From positions 310,001 to 374,000 of the forward strand of contig OZ251229.1 in assembly GCA_965240325.2 (NCBI GenBank): a DNA stretch of 64,000 nucleotides, in the 5' to 3' direction. The position numbers and the translations under genes were made by a program. Positions 1 through 11,015 of this stretch are shown here, piece by piece (positions within the stretch are counted from its first letter, which is position 1; every line of letters starts with the position of its first letter). The notes beneath the pieces were generated by a model that saw only the letters and a list, made by a program, of their open reading frames with translations, was not told where the DNA came from and made no database searches. This DNA comes from Rebecca billardiae RCC1528 (taxonomy: Eukaryota; Protista; Haptophyta).

Positions 1-784
1 CCGCCGCGCCTCTGCTCTGTGCGAGCCCAACGACCTTGCGCGCCGCTGCGGGCGGCGAGGGCGGCGCGGTGGGGAGAGTCGCTGCGGCCTTGCCGCTGAG
101 CCCGAGCGCGAGCGGCTCCTCCTCGTGCGCGTGGCGGTTGAGCATCGGGTCGACGGACGGCGCGGCCATCCGCCGGATCTCCGCGAGGCGCAGCAGCGCG
201 TCCTCACGCTCCGCCGCGGGCAGGAAGTTGGGCGCAAACTCAAAGCTGGCATGCCGCGCGCTCACGACGAGCAGGCCGACGCCGGAGAGGTCGATGGCCG
301 CCTCCTCGTGCGCGCTCGCGATGCTGAAGATCGCGCTGACCAGCTCGCGCGAGCCCGAGAACACCTCGTCCTTCGTCAGGTTGGTCGAGAAGTTGAGCGC
401 GAGCCGCGTGCAGTTCAGTGGCTCTGTCTTTGCGAGCTCGTTCGCGCGGAAGCCTGCGGCCGTGTGCATGCGCGACTTCAGGCCCGTGTCGGTGAGAAAG
501 CGCTCATGAAATATGCACACGGGCCGGTAGCGACCGGCGGCAGACCCTGCGCTCGAGCCCGCTCGGCTGCTGGGCGTGCGCGTGGGCGCGAGCCCGTCGA
601 CCCTCCACGTGAACGTGCACAGATGTGGGATGGAGGCGCCGCGGCAGCGGTTGAGCTGCTCCGCGATCCAGCGCAAGATGCACTCCCACACACGGTCCAG
701 CGGCAGCGCTGTCGACGCGCGGCGCGTCGCTCGACGCGCCTTGCACAGCTCGAGGAGCTCCTGCTCCCCGAAGATCGCCGGCAT
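1..784 (-). CDS. CCDC81: CCDC81-like protein (HU-CCDC81 domains), 5' part; continues beyond window start
   Basis: ATG at 784 on the minus strand opens a frame that runs to the window edge (absent from the ORF track because there is no stop). Translation MPAIFGEQELL...VWECILRWIAEQLNRCRGASIPHLCTFTW...RPVCIFHERFLTDTGLK...PLNCTRLA...IDLSGVGLLVVSARHASFEFAPNFL matches the recalled pattern of the two HU-like domains of CCDC81. Confidence 0.75.
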   Translation of the reverse strand, partial: MPAIFGEQELLELCKARRATRRASTALPLDRVWECILRWIAEQLNRCRGASIPHLCTFTWRVDGLAPTRTPSSRAGSSAGSAAGRYRPVCIFHERFLTDTGLKSRMHTAAGFRANELAKTEPLNCTRLALNFSTNLTKDEVFSGSRELVSAIFSIASAHEEAAIDLSGVGLLVVSARHASFEFAPNFLPAAEREDALLRLAEIRRMAAPSVDPMLNRHAHEEEPLALGLSGKAAATLPTAPPSPPAAARKVVGLAQSRGAA

Positions 785-963
785 GGATGGAGACGGCGCA
801 ACGGCTGCGGCCCCGCTCGGAGGACTCTGCAAGCTCCGGCTCGAGGCCCTCGTTGTCTGGGAGGCTTCATCAACCTTGCTTCAACTTGCTTCAACCAATT
901 CGAGTCGGTCTCGTCAAACTTCGATCCATCAAGATCCAGATCTACAGAAGCCAGGAGGGGGCT

Positions 964-2017
964 GAGGCCGCTCGAGCGACTTCGTGTCAGGCGAGGCAGA
1001 TCGCGCCAGTGCGAGGCGAGGCAGACGCTCGCCTGCCTCGCCCAGCAGGCGAGGCAGCTAAGCTAGTAAAGCCGCGGCCGAACTTTACGAAAGCCAAATG
1101 TCTGCCGGTGCGCCGCCCGTCTTTGCGCACGGTGACAAGGGCGCGCGAGGGCGCTTCCTCACGATCCCGAAGAGCGCTGCGCGCGGCGTCGCGTTGGCGG
1201 CGGCAGCGGCGCTGGGGTGTATCTTGCCCATTCTGCTTGGCGGTGCGCGCTCATGACGCCTCGGCCGCCGCCACGCCATGCGCGACCGGGCGTGTCGCCT
1301 TCTTGACGGGCAGTGCACACGCCCTTGCAAGCGCACAGCCGTGAAGAGCCGAGAGCGTCCGTCGCGCGCACGCCGCCCACGCGGGATGAGGTTTCAGGAC
1401 TATTCGTATGACACTGAGCGATCGCGCTCTGGCATGTGCGAGCCATGATGACCATGGGTAGCAACTACGATGACCACTGCTCACCTGCATTTCAGCCGAT
1501 GACATCCTCTCGTTCAGCGATCTTGACTGCTCTGAGCGCATGGCGAACTCGGCGGAGCGCATGGGCAAGGTGGCTTCGTTGATAACACAAAGCATCCCGC
1601 GTGGGCGGCGTGCGCGCGACGGACGCTCTCGGCTCTTCACGGCTGTGCGCTTGCAAGGGCGTGTGCACTGCCCGTCAAGAAGGCGACACGCCCGGTCGCG
1701 CATGGCGTGGCGGCGGCCGAGGCGTCATGAGCGCGCACCGCCAAGCAGAATGGGCAAGATACACCCCAGCGCCGCTGCCGCCGCCAACGCGACGCCGCGC
1801 GCAGCGCTCTTCGGGATCGTGAGGAAGCGCCCTCGCGCGCCCTTGTCACCGTGCGCAAAGACGGGCGGCGCACCGGCAGACATTTGGCTTTCGTAAAGTT
1901 CGGCCGCGGCTTTACTAGCTTAGCTGCCTCGCCTGCTGGGCGAGGCAGGCGAGCGTCTGCCTCGCCTCGCACTGGCGCGATCTGCCTCGCCTGACACGAA
2001 GTCGCTCGAGTGGCCTC
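964..2017. mobile_element. Non-autonomous foldback/MITE-like DNA element with 425-bp TIRs and 5-bp TSD (GGGCT)
   Basis: 964-1388 is the reverse complement of 1593-2017 (identical in the blocks checked, one mismatch at 970/2011). Spacer is 204 bp. GGGCT lies at 959-963 and 2018-2022. Termini are GAG...CTC, with repeated subterminal GCGAGGCAG motifs. Confidence 0.85.
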
Positions 2018-2091
2018 GGGCTTCCGCTGGTGAGCAGCTGCGCACCCCCCCCCCGGCCCGGCCCGGTCGTCCAGACTTCCTTCCGCCGCCT

Positions 2092-2724
2092 ATGGCGGCC
2101 GAACGGGAGGGGCGCTGGCTGAAGCGGGCGCGCGCTTTGAACTGGAGCTTGCTGATCGCCTTGATCGGCTTTGGCGTGCTGCGCTTGCTCGTTCTCGGCA
2201 ACGCTCTCGAAGGCATCTCGCTGTGCGTGATCAATGTGCCGGGCGTCCTCATCCTCCTCAACCTGTGGGCCGCGACGATGCGCACGTGGCACCTAGGTGG
2301 CAGCGTGTGCTGGTGCGCGTACTGCGCGTACCGCGTCTACTTACTCGCGCACAACCATTCCGTCCGCGTCGACTCATGGGTCATTTACATTGGCTCGGGT
2401 GGTGGTGCTCTGCTGGCACTGATTCTCGGCGTCGCGATCCACCTCGGCATCGAAAACACTCTCGCCAAGCTGCGGCAGCGCGCAGCGGGGAGTCGGCTAC
2501 TGTCACAGGCAAACAATAACGATATGCTCCCCGCCGTCCCCGAAGAGGCCGGCGTGCCTGCGGGCGAGCCACTCATCTGGCAGCCGACGACGCAGCCGCC
2601 CGTGTGGCCACCCGTGGCCAGCGGGGTAGCAGCGCAGGCCGACGAGGAGGCAGGCGAGGCCGGGGGCGTCGAGGCAGGCGGAGGGGCGTCTGTGTGGCCG
2701 CCGCCCGGTTACACGGGCAGCTGA
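2092..2724 (+). CDS. Hypothetical multi-pass membrane protein (210 aa)
   Basis: ATG-initiated ORF with about 4 hydrophobic segments and a Pro/Glu/Ala-rich tail; codon usage looks coding. Confidence 0.65.
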   Translation: MAAEREGRWLKRARALNWSLLIALIGFGVLRLLVLGNALEGISLCVINVPGVLILLNLWAATMRTWHLGGSVCWCAYCAYRVYLLAHNHSVRVDSWVIYIGSGGGALLALILGVAIHLGIENTLAKLRQRAAGSRLLSQANNNDMLPAVPEEAGVPAGEPLIWQPTTQPPVWPPVASGVAAQADEEAGEAGGVEAGGGASVWPPPGYTGS

Positions 2725-3100
2725 GCTGGATGCGCCCGTGCATGCGCTACACTGTCGGCGCCACCCGCGGCTGCGCTGCTCGTGGCTCGGCGCCGTTTGT
2801 CTCCTGCTCCTGAGTAGTGAGTGGCAGCCCCGCCACCAAGTCCGAGCCGTCTGAGCTCGGTGCCGTTTCGCAGTCGACGGTCCGCAGGGTCGTCGTAATT
2901 ATGAAGCTTGCTCATGACGATCATCAGAATCATGTCAATGAGGTCTGATGAGGAGCAGCGCACGCGGCCACCGTCGCGGGACCGCCGGGACTTGTCAGAG
3001 TCGGGACGACCGACTGTGGGAGTTGTGGGACGGCGCCGGGCGCGGCCGCCGGGCGCCGCCGGCGCTGCCAGCCGTCAGTTATTAGTTATTAGTGCCGGCC

Positions 3101-4891
3101 TCACTCGAGCAGAAGGGGCTCGCCCTTGGGGAGCATGCGCGTCTCGATCTCGCGGATGATGGCGTCGCACGTCTTGCCCTTGGGCAAGAAGCCGTGCGCT
3201 GCGCACACGTCGCGCAGCTGCTGCAGCGAGAGCGCGTGCAGGTTGTCAGGCAGGCTCTCCGCGGACGGCCGCGCAACGCCGGAGCCACCGCCCGCGCGGG
3301 AGGAGGCCGGCGCCGGGCGCGCGCCGCGGCCGGCGGCGGGCGACGAGCCATCGGTGAGCAGGCGGCCGGAGTTGAGCGCGGCCATGTGCCTGTTCAGCGC
3401 GAGCAGCCGCTCCTCGCGCGAGAGCGGCTCGCCGTCGGCGCTCTCGAGCCCCGAGTCGACGCAGCGCTTGCGCAGCTGCCCATCGGAGAGCAGCCACAGC
3501 TGCGCCGCGCTGCCGCCGAGGAAGTCGAACGCCGCCTCGGTCATCGCGGCGTCCTGCCGCGCGCGCGCGCCCGCCTTGCGCGCGTCGAGCTCGGCCGCCG
3601 CCGCCTTGCGCTTGCGGTGCTCCGCGTGCTTCCGCTTGTCCGTGCACGCGCGCAGGTGCTCGGCGAGGCTCTCGCGGTCGGCGGCGGCGGCCGGTGGCTC
3701 CCAGCCGCAGCGCGGGCACGCGTCGAGCAGCCCGCGCTCGAACGCCGCCTCCTGCTCGCGCGCGGCATCGGCGCCCTCCGCCGCGCCGCCCGCCTTGCGC
3801 GCCGCGCGCGCGGCGCGCGCGCGCGCGCTCTCGACCGCGCGCACCCGCCGCTCCGCGCCGCGCTTCACCTCGGCGCGCAGCTCGTCCTCGACGCGCGGCG
3901 GCACGTGGTACAGCCAGAAGCCAAACGGCACGGCGCACTTGGCGCGCGAGCAGACGATCTGGCGGTGGTAGTCACTGGGCGAGTACTCGAAGGCGGCGCG
4001 GCAGTGCGGGCACTCGTGCACCGCGGACATGCAGCCGAACTCGAGCAGGCACGTCGAGCACGTGAAGCACTTGAGCCCCTGCATCATGAAGTTGTAGCAG
4101 TACTTCTCAACCCCGTCCTGCGGCAGCCCCCACTCGACCTTGCACCGCGGGCACCGGAGCGCGGTGCGGTGGCAGCCCGCGTTGGACCGAGCGAGCGCCG
4201 CGCTCTTCTTCTTCTTCGCGGCCGCTGGCGCCTCCTCCGGCGGCTCCGGGTTGGACATCCGCTCGAACGCGCCCACCAGCGCCTGGAACGCCTTGGTCGC
4301 GTCCGCGCAGCGCAGCCTGTCGGGGTGCAGCGAGCGCGAGAGCGACAGGTACGCGCGCCGCATCTGGGCGACGGGCGTGTGCTCGGTGATGCGCGCCGCG
4401 CCGCCGAGGGAGAGGATTGCCGCGTCCTCGCCCGTCTCCGCCAGCTCGAGCACCTGCTTCGCCAGCGCAATCCCGGCGTCGTTGTCGTCGCCCGCGCTCC
4501 GGCCGCCGCCGCCGCTGCCCGCAGCCTCGTCGCCACGGGCAGCCGCCGCGGCGGGCTCCGAGGTGCCGCCCTCGGCCTTGCGTGCGTCGATGAGCCGGCG
4601 CACGAGCTCGTCTCGCGTCTCGATCGACGCGTCGCACGGAAGCCCGCGACGCGCCAGCTGCTTGCGCAGGTCGGCCGCCTTGAGCGCGCACGGGTTGCCG
4701 CACTCGGCCGAGACCGACTTGACGGCGGCGCCGTCGACGAAGAGCTGGACGCGCGCGGCGAGCTCAGCCTTCTCGCCCGTCTGGCTCTGGGAGAGGCCCT
4801 TGAGGATGGCCTTCAGCTCGCCAACCTTGGCCTTCCCCAGCTGCCCCTTGCTGGCCAGGTCAACCGCCTTGCGCTCGGCCTCGGCCGCCAT
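3101..4891 (-). CDS. DnaJ (J-domain) protein with SAP-like domains and multiple CxxC zinc-binding motifs (596 aa)
   Basis: J-domain MRRAYLSLSRSLHPDR...KAFQAL with HPD. SAP-like repeats KVGELKAILKGLSQSQTGEKAELAARV, LKAADLRKQLARRGL and LSLQQLRDVCAAHG. Motifs CPRC, CSTC, CPHC, CSRAKC, CPRC. Confidence 0.85.
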   Translation of the reverse strand: MAAEAERKAVDLASKGQLGKAKVGELKAILKGLSQSQTGEKAELAARVQLFVDGAAVKSVSAECGNPCALKAADLRKQLARRGLPCDASIETRDELVRRLIDARKAEGGTSEPAAAAARGDEAAGSGGGGRSAGDDNDAGIALAKQVLELAETGEDAAILSLGGAARITEHTPVAQMRRAYLSLSRSLHPDRLRCADATKAFQALVGAFERMSNPEPPEEAPAAAKKKKSAALARSNAGCHRTALRCPRCKVEWGLPQDGVEKYCYNFMMQGLKCFTCSTCLLEFGCMSAVHECPHCRAAFEYSPSDYHRQIVCSRAKCAVPFGFWLYHVPPRVEDELRAEVKRGAERRVRAVESARARAARAARKAGGAAEGADAAREQEAAFERGLLDACPRCGWEPPAAAADRESLAEHLRACTDKRKHAEHRKRKAAAAELDARKAGARARQDAAMTEAAFDFLGGSAAQLWLLSDGQLRKRCVDSGLESADGEPLSREERLLALNRHMAALNSGRLLTDGSSPAAGRGARPAPASSRAGGGSGVARPSAESLPDNLHALSLQQLRDVCAAHGFLPKGKTCDAIIREIETRMLPKGEPLLLE

Positions 4892-5015
4892 GCTGTCCGC
4901 GTCGCACTGGTTCCCGACGACCTGGTGCCGTCAGCCCGCACTGGGCCGCCACGACCGCCGTGATCGTGGGATACCGCGGCGAGAGCGGCGCCGCTAGCTG
5001 GCCTTGGGCGCAGCC

Positions 5016-6841
5016 ATGGAGTTCCTCAAAGACTTGCACTTCTTCAGGTGCGGGACGCTGGCGTGGCGTGGGACCGGCGCTCGCGCCGTGCGAGCACATC
5101 TGGCCGCGCCGCCCACGCGCGGTCTGTCCCGCCTCGCGCGACGCGCGCGGCGCGCAGGAAAGTGCCGCGCGACTTGACGGAGGCGACGCTGGCTGGCGGC
5201 GGCCTATCCCTGATCAGCACGTTCGTGATGGCGTACCTGTTCATCTCGAACATCGTGCAGTACCTCTCCACCACGCACGGCACCTCGATCGTGCTCGACC
5301 GCAGCGTGGAGAAGAAGCTGCAGATCAACTTCAACGTGACGCTGCCGCACCTGCCGTGCCGGTTCGCGAGCGTGGACGTGTCCGACGTGATGGGCACGCA
5401 GCTCCTCAACGTGAGCCGAGCCGTGCAAAAGCACCGCATCGACACGCGCGGCCGATTCATCGCAGCCGCCGAGGACCGGCCGCGCGAGCTCGTGTACGCG
5501 GAGCCAAAGTCTGCTGAGCGGGGCGCGGCCGCCTCCGTCGCGGTGCAGAGCGACGAGGAGTTCAGCCAGGTGGTGAAGGACGCGGAGCTGGTGCTGGTCA
5601 ACTTCTACGCGCCGTGGTGCCCGTGGTCGCAGCGGCTTGTGCGCGCGCCGGCGCCGCGAGCGCGCGCGCGCGAGCGAGCGAGCGAGCTGCACGCCGCACG
5701 CCTGCGCCCGCGCCCGCGCCGCCGCGTCGCCACGCACTCAGCTGGCATGCGCGCACGCATCCGCCGGCCTCGGCGCCGCCGCGCCCCCGCGCGCGCAGGC
5801 GCCCGTGTGGGAGGAGACGGCGACGCACGTCGCGTCGAAGCACGCGCGCGGCGTGGTCTCCATCGCCAAGGTGGACTGCACGAGCGCGAGCATGCACGAG
5901 CTGTGCCAGCGGCAGCACGTGCATGCGTTCCCCACGATCAGAATCTACCGCTCGCACCACGCGCACTCGCTGGAGAACTACGTGTCCGACCGCACGCACG
6001 AGGCGCTCGAGGCGTTCGTCGAGAAGAACCTGCCGCAGCACGCCTCGCCCACCGGCGCGAAGCCCGTGCCGTTCTGGGAGCAGGACGAGATCGAGCTGCA
6101 CGCGAAGGGCGGAGACGGCTGCATCGTGCACGGCGCGCTGCTCGTGAACCGCGTGCCGGGCAACTTCCACATCACGGCGCACTCGACGTCGCACACGCTG
6201 CACATGCCCGCGCTGAACGTGTCGCACGCGGTGGGCCACCTCTCCTTCGGCAAGCCGCTCTCGCTCGCGCAGTTCGGCGCGCTGCCGCCCGAGGTCGGCG
6301 CCGCGTGGAACCCGCTCCACGGCACGTGGTTCTCCGCCAAGCTGCAGAACACGACGATCGAGCACTACCTCAAGGTGGTGCACACGTCGTTCGAGCGCAC
6401 GCCGGAGCCGAGCACGCACATCAGCACGTACCAGTACACCGTCAACTCGCACTCGTACGAGGACCACGACGCGTACCCCGCGCTCGTCTTCTCGTACGAC
6501 CTCTCGCCGATCGAGGTGATCGTGAAGCGCGAGCGCGAGTCGCTCGCCGCCTTCCTCACGCAGGTCTGCGCCATCATCGGCGGCGTCTTCACCGTCACCG
6601 GGCTGGTGCGCGCGCGCGGCGCGCGGCGTAGCGCGCGCGGCGCTCACGTGCACTCTGCGCAGCCCGCGCCATCTGCGCAGCCCTCGCACTCGAGCCAACA
6701 CCCCGCCTCCACTGCCCCCCGCCCACCCCTTGGTCCGCTCTCTCTGGTGGCGGGCGTGGCGCGCGCGCGCAGCTCGATTCCATCGTGTACCACGGCGACC
6801 GAATCGTGCGGAAGAAGATGGAGATTGGCAAGGCCATCTGA
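5016..6841 (+). CDS. PDI-C / ERGIC3 (Erv41/Erv46)-family protein with internal thioredoxin domain; 4 exons
   Basis: Exons 5016-5047, 5158-5638, 5799-6605, 6773-6841 join in frame through GT-AG introns. ERGIC_N motif FRKVPRDLTEAT...GG; thioredoxin NFYAPWCPWSQRL (CxxS); COPII-coated ERV C-terminus GCIVHGALLVNRVPGNFH...YDLSPI...CAIIGGVFTV; C-terminal GKAI. Confidence 0.92.
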
Positions 6842-7238
6842 CCACGGGCCTGCGCGCGAGCGGGCGACGACGACGACAGCATTTCAGCAATGTCGAATGC
6901 GCGGCGCGCCCGAACGGTGCAGTGTCTCGGGCTACGGCCACGGCAGGCTGAGCTCAGGTGACCGTCCTCAGGACGGTGACGCCGTGCGGCCCGTGGTACG
7001 CTGGTTCATCATCGCCTGTGCTCAACGTCGGTGAACTGCTTTGCTTATATCAGCCAGATCGCTGAGCCCGGCGCCATCATGTGAGCCGCCGCATGTATGT
7101 TATATATACAATAAATTGATGATGCGCATCATCATCAATGACGACGATATGTCTGATACTCGTATACCGCGCCGTGCCCCGCCACGAGGCCACGGGCCTC
7201 CACTGTCCACAGCGCGCGGGCGTGGGGCCCATGGGACC

Positions 7239-8335
7239 TCACTGCTGCTCACTCGACTTCTGAGACGGCGCAGCACGCGCAGTGCAGAACTCGAGCAGCT
7301 TAACCACATCCCCCTGCGTCGCCGCCGTCCCTGCCAGGCGCATGTCGATGGGGCGCGGCGCGCGATCAAAGTAGTACCCGCCATTTTCGGCGCGTGCCGG
7401 CTCCGCAGCTTGGAGCGTGGCCGCGAGCCACACGACTGTGTCGGCGCCCTCCTCCGCCGTCCGCAGCACCGGGCGGGTGAGGCGGTAGAAGGCCGCCATG
7501 GCGTCGGCCGTGGCGAGCCCAGGCGTGTCCACCCTACGGGCGAGGCGGGCGCGCACGCGACGCGGGCAGAGGGGTCGGCACCACGCGCGGGACGCGAGCG
7601 CGACGCGGCGCGGCGCGTCGGTCCGCGCGCGCACCAGCCGGGGTGCACGGAGGCGAACTGCACGCGCGAGCCACGCGCCTCCGCCTCGGCGCCCCAATGG
7701 CGCGTGAGCAGCACGCGCCCTCGGTGCGTGAGGCAGTACGCCTTGATCGCGTCGTACCCGCCCGGCGCGCTCCACGGCTCCACCCCGTCGTCGAGGTCGC
7801 GCAGCTCGGCCACGTCCAGCCGGTAGAGGAACATGCCCGCAGAGACGACCGTCAGCACGCGCCCTCCGGCGGGCGAGGCGTCGATGCGCGGGAGCAGCGC
7901 GGTGGTGAGGGCGTGGCACCCGAGCAGGTTGAGCGCGACGCTACGCTCATGGCCCTCGCGAGTGCGGCCAAAGCCGTTGTGCATCGCCGCGGCGTTGTTG
8001 ACGAGGATGTCGATGCACGGACACTGCGCAAGCACGCGGCTGGCGAATGCGCGCGTGGCAGCGAGGTCGGAGTGGTCGACCTGGTGGAAGCGGACGCCGT
8101 CTTCCTCGGCAACGCGCGCACCCGATGTGGCATCTCGACCAGTCACGTGGACCTCTGCGCCCAGAAGGACGAGTGAGCGCGCGATCGACCGACCGATACC
8201 GCCCGTACCGCCGGTCACGAGCGCGACCTGCCCCGTGAGGTTGGCAGCTGGTTGCGCGACGGCAGCGGCGCCGAGGAGGCGGAGGAGCTTTACGCCCAGC
8301 GTCGTGTGTAACGGGTTGCCCATGTACTGCACCAT
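7239..8335 (-). CDS. Short-chain dehydrogenase/reductase (DHRS12-like); intron 7534-7634
   Basis: ALVTGGTGGIG Rossmann motif, DILVNNAA, YCLTH at the catalytic Y position. VHPGW|VDTPG is restored by removing GT-AG intron 7534-7634. RTAEEGADTVVWLA follows. Confidence 0.88.
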
Positions 8336-8516
8336 CGCGGCCGCGGAGGCGCGCCCTCTCATCCTTGGACAAGAGCTCACGCAGCAGCGCGGTCGTCGAC
8401 GGCCATCGCTCGTGAGCAGGTTCCGGCCTCTGCTCGAATTCTCGCGTCCACCTTGTGCGGCACCGGATTCTCAGACTGTATCGGATTTTCGGCCGGGAGC
8501 AGCGGCGAGCACCAGC

Positions 8517-9242
8517 ATGGCGACCGTTGGGCGGCGGACTGTGTTGGTCCTTGGAGGTTGGTCACCTGGCCCGCTGCCCTTCATTGAGCACGGCTTCGCG
8601 CGCGACTTGCGCTTCGTCCATGTGCCGATCCCGATGCCGCCCTCGGGTGTGCTCTGGATGGCCAACCCCTTCTGCTTTCTCCTGGCTGGGTATTTGTTCG
8701 GGCTGGCGCCGTGGCTCGTGTCGCTGGCGCAGGCGGGCCTCGACGCTCCAGCCGCCGCGGGCGTGATCGTCGGGATCGTCCTTGCGAGCCTGGTCATCTG
8801 CCGCGCCCTCCTCGCCGGATTGGTGCGCTTCTCGATCGCCGATTCGGTGTGGCGAGCACAGCGTGCGATCGCGCGCGAGGCGCCCGTCGTGATCATCGGC
8901 TTCTCTTGGGGCGGCGGCGTGGCGCATTGGCTCATGTCCCCACCCGCGCGATATGACGGGCCTGTCCTTCTCCTCGCGCCTACGACAGCCGCCATGCGCG
9001 GGGCAGCGCTCACGCGCTGGCCCTCCATCACCTCAGCGGACGTGGAGGTCGTGCACGCCACGAGGGACGGTTTCTGCCCAACGTCGCAGGTGGCCGCCTA
9101 CCAGCAGGCGGGCTGCCAGGTGCACGTGGTCGACGACGAGCACGTGCTCTGCTCGGGCAGTACCGTGCAGCTCATCCTGCGCGTGGTCAGCAACCTGACC
9201 GCCGCTGGCCGTCCTCCGCCCAACGCTGGTAACCTCCATTGA
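8517..9242 (+). CDS. Membrane-anchored alpha/beta-fold hydrolase
   Basis: Nucleophile elbow GFSWGG, LLLAP, VHATRDGFCP (acid) and DDEH (His), with two inserted hydrophobic helices. Confidence 0.75.
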   Translation: MATVGRRTVLVLGGWSPGPLPFIEHGFARDLRFVHVPIPMPPSGVLWMANPFCFLLAGYLFGLAPWLVSLAQAGLDAPAAAGVIVGIVLASLVICRALLAGLVRFSIADSVWRAQRAIAREAPVVIIGFSWGGGVAHWLMSPPARYDGPVLLLAPTTAAMRGAALTRWPSITSADVEVVHATRDGFCPTSQVAAYQQAGCQVHVVDDEHVLCSGSTVQLILRVVSNLTAAGRPPPNAGNLH

Positions 9243-9977
9243 GGAGCCGCGCGTTGCTCGCCCACGAGACTCGGCTGTCAGCGAGTCTGACGTGACTTAC
9301 CTGCGTGCAGCCGGCACGCCGAGGTCCGACGCAGTCGCAGCACCGCCGCGTCACAGACCGCCCATCCACTATTGGTCACAGCCGCACGCGGCGCCAGTCC
9401 TGGGCGCGGTCTCAGTCCATCTGCGCGGCCGCGTCACGCACTCGGTCAATCTGGCAGTCGCCCACCGCTCGGATCGCCGTGCGCGAACAGCGGCGGCCGC
9501 CGGCCCGTGCCACCTCCACGGTGTTAACGACTGTGCAGTCTCGCGGTGAAAGGATTCGATGTCGGTACGATACGAACTCGTGGCTGACTCATTGACGTCG
9601 ACATTGAGCTAGACTTGACTTTGGCTGCGCACCTCCCCCGGCTTGTCGCAGCGTTTTTTGAGTGCAGCCCTTCTCAGCCTGTCAGCCATCGTGACGATTC
9701 GACCGCCCCGTCGTGAATTCGTGATCCAGTGTGGCCGTGAATGAGCAAACGTTGCACCCGGACATCAGAGTCGTCGGGCTCCAGCATCGGGCCGGCCGGA
9801 GAATCACGCGAGCCTCGGCGCGGGAAGTCGGCCGGGAGACGGGGAAATGGGCGCGGAATACAGTAGTCATCAATAGGGAAGGGAATGCCGAACGAAGGCT
9901 CCAACAACTTCCCTGGCAAGCGGCCGCTTCCAGCACCGGCAAGCAGCAGCAAGACGCCCGCGCACGACACGAGACCG

Positions 9978-11015
9978 ATGGCGAAGACCGCGCTTGACGA
10001 TATGTCCAGCAAGGGCGAATTCGTTCGCACGGAGTCGACATTCCGCAGCATGATCGAGCCCGGCGGCGAGTTCCCACCCGAGGCTGGTCGGTACCACCTG
10101 CACGTCGCGTACGCGTGCCCGTGGGCATGCGGCACGCTCAGTATGCTCTTTCTCAAGGGGCTGGAGGGCGCGATCTCCTACTCGGTTGTGCACCCCACAT
10201 GGGGCCGCACGCGGCCTGACGACCCCGAGGACACGCACTGCGGCTGGCACTACCGCACGCCCGGCGACCCGCCCGTGCCCAACCCCGCCGGCCACGGCCA
10301 GCTCGAGGTGGACGACGCGTGCATCCCCGACACGGTGACGCACTGCAAGACGATCCGCGACGTGTACGAGCTGGCCGGCGGCGCGACGAGCAAGTACACG
10401 ACGCCCGCGCTCGTCGACACGAAGACGAATAAGGTCGTGAACAACGAGTCCACGCTGATCCTGCGCATCTTCAACTCGGCATTCAACGAGTTTGCCGCGC
10501 ACCCCGAGGTCGATCTGTACCCCGCACCGACCGAGGCGCAGGCCGAGGCGCTCAACGAGTGGATCTATCCGAACATCAACAACGGTGTGTACCGCAGCGG
10601 CTTTGCGCAGTCGCAGGAGGCATACGAGGCGGCTGTGTACCCGCTCTTCGAGTCGCTCGAGCGCGCAGAGGCGATCCTCGCCAAGCAGCGCTACCTGACG
10701 GGCGACAGCTTCACGTGGATCGACCTGCGGCTCTTTCACACGCTCATTCGGTTCGACGCCGTTTACGTCACCTACTTCAAGACGAACCTGAAGCGCGTCT
10801 CGGACTTCAAGCACCTGCCAAACTACGTGCGTGATATCTACCAGATGGAGCCGATCAAGCGCTCGATCAACATGAAGCACATTAAGATGCACTACTTCAC
10901 GAGTCACCCGAGCCTGAACACGTTCGCAGTGATCCCCGCGTACAACGGCATCGACCTCGACGCGCCGCACGGCCGAGACGCGCCTCAGGGCGGCGGGTAC
11001 TGTTACACGCAGTAG
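9978..11015 (+). CDS. Glutathionyl-hydroquinone reductase (Xi-class GST, YqjG/ECM4-like)
   Basis: GRYHLHVAYACPWA, VNNES..ILR, IYPNINNGVYRSGFAQSQEAY, LFHTLIRFDAVY, HIKMHYFTSH. An upstream in-frame ATG at 9885 is also possible. Confidence 0.93.
   Translation: MAKTALDDMSSKGEFVRTESTFRSMIEPGGEFPPEAGRYHLHVAYACPWACGTLSMLFLKGLEGAISYSVVHPTWGRTRPDDPEDTHCGWHYRTPGDPPVPNPAGHGQLEVDDACIPDTVTHCKTIRDVYELAGGATSKYTTPALVDTKTNKVVNNESTLILRIFNSAFNEFAAHPEVDLYPAPTEAQAEALNEWIYPNINNGVYRSGFAQSQEAYEAAVYPLFESLERAEAILAKQRYLTGDSFTWIDLRLFHTLIRFDAVYVTYFKTNLKRVSDFKHLPNYVRDIYQMEPIKRSINMKHIKMHYFTSHPSLNTFAVIPAYNGIDLDAPHGRDAPQGGGYCYTQ

Noticed and set aside
1085-1896. Identical small ORFs on opposite strands
   Set aside because: A by-product of the long inverted repeat, with no protein-like features.
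9367-9870. CACTA start suggesting an EnSpm/CACTA element
   Set aside because: No matching TAGTG terminus or TSD found.
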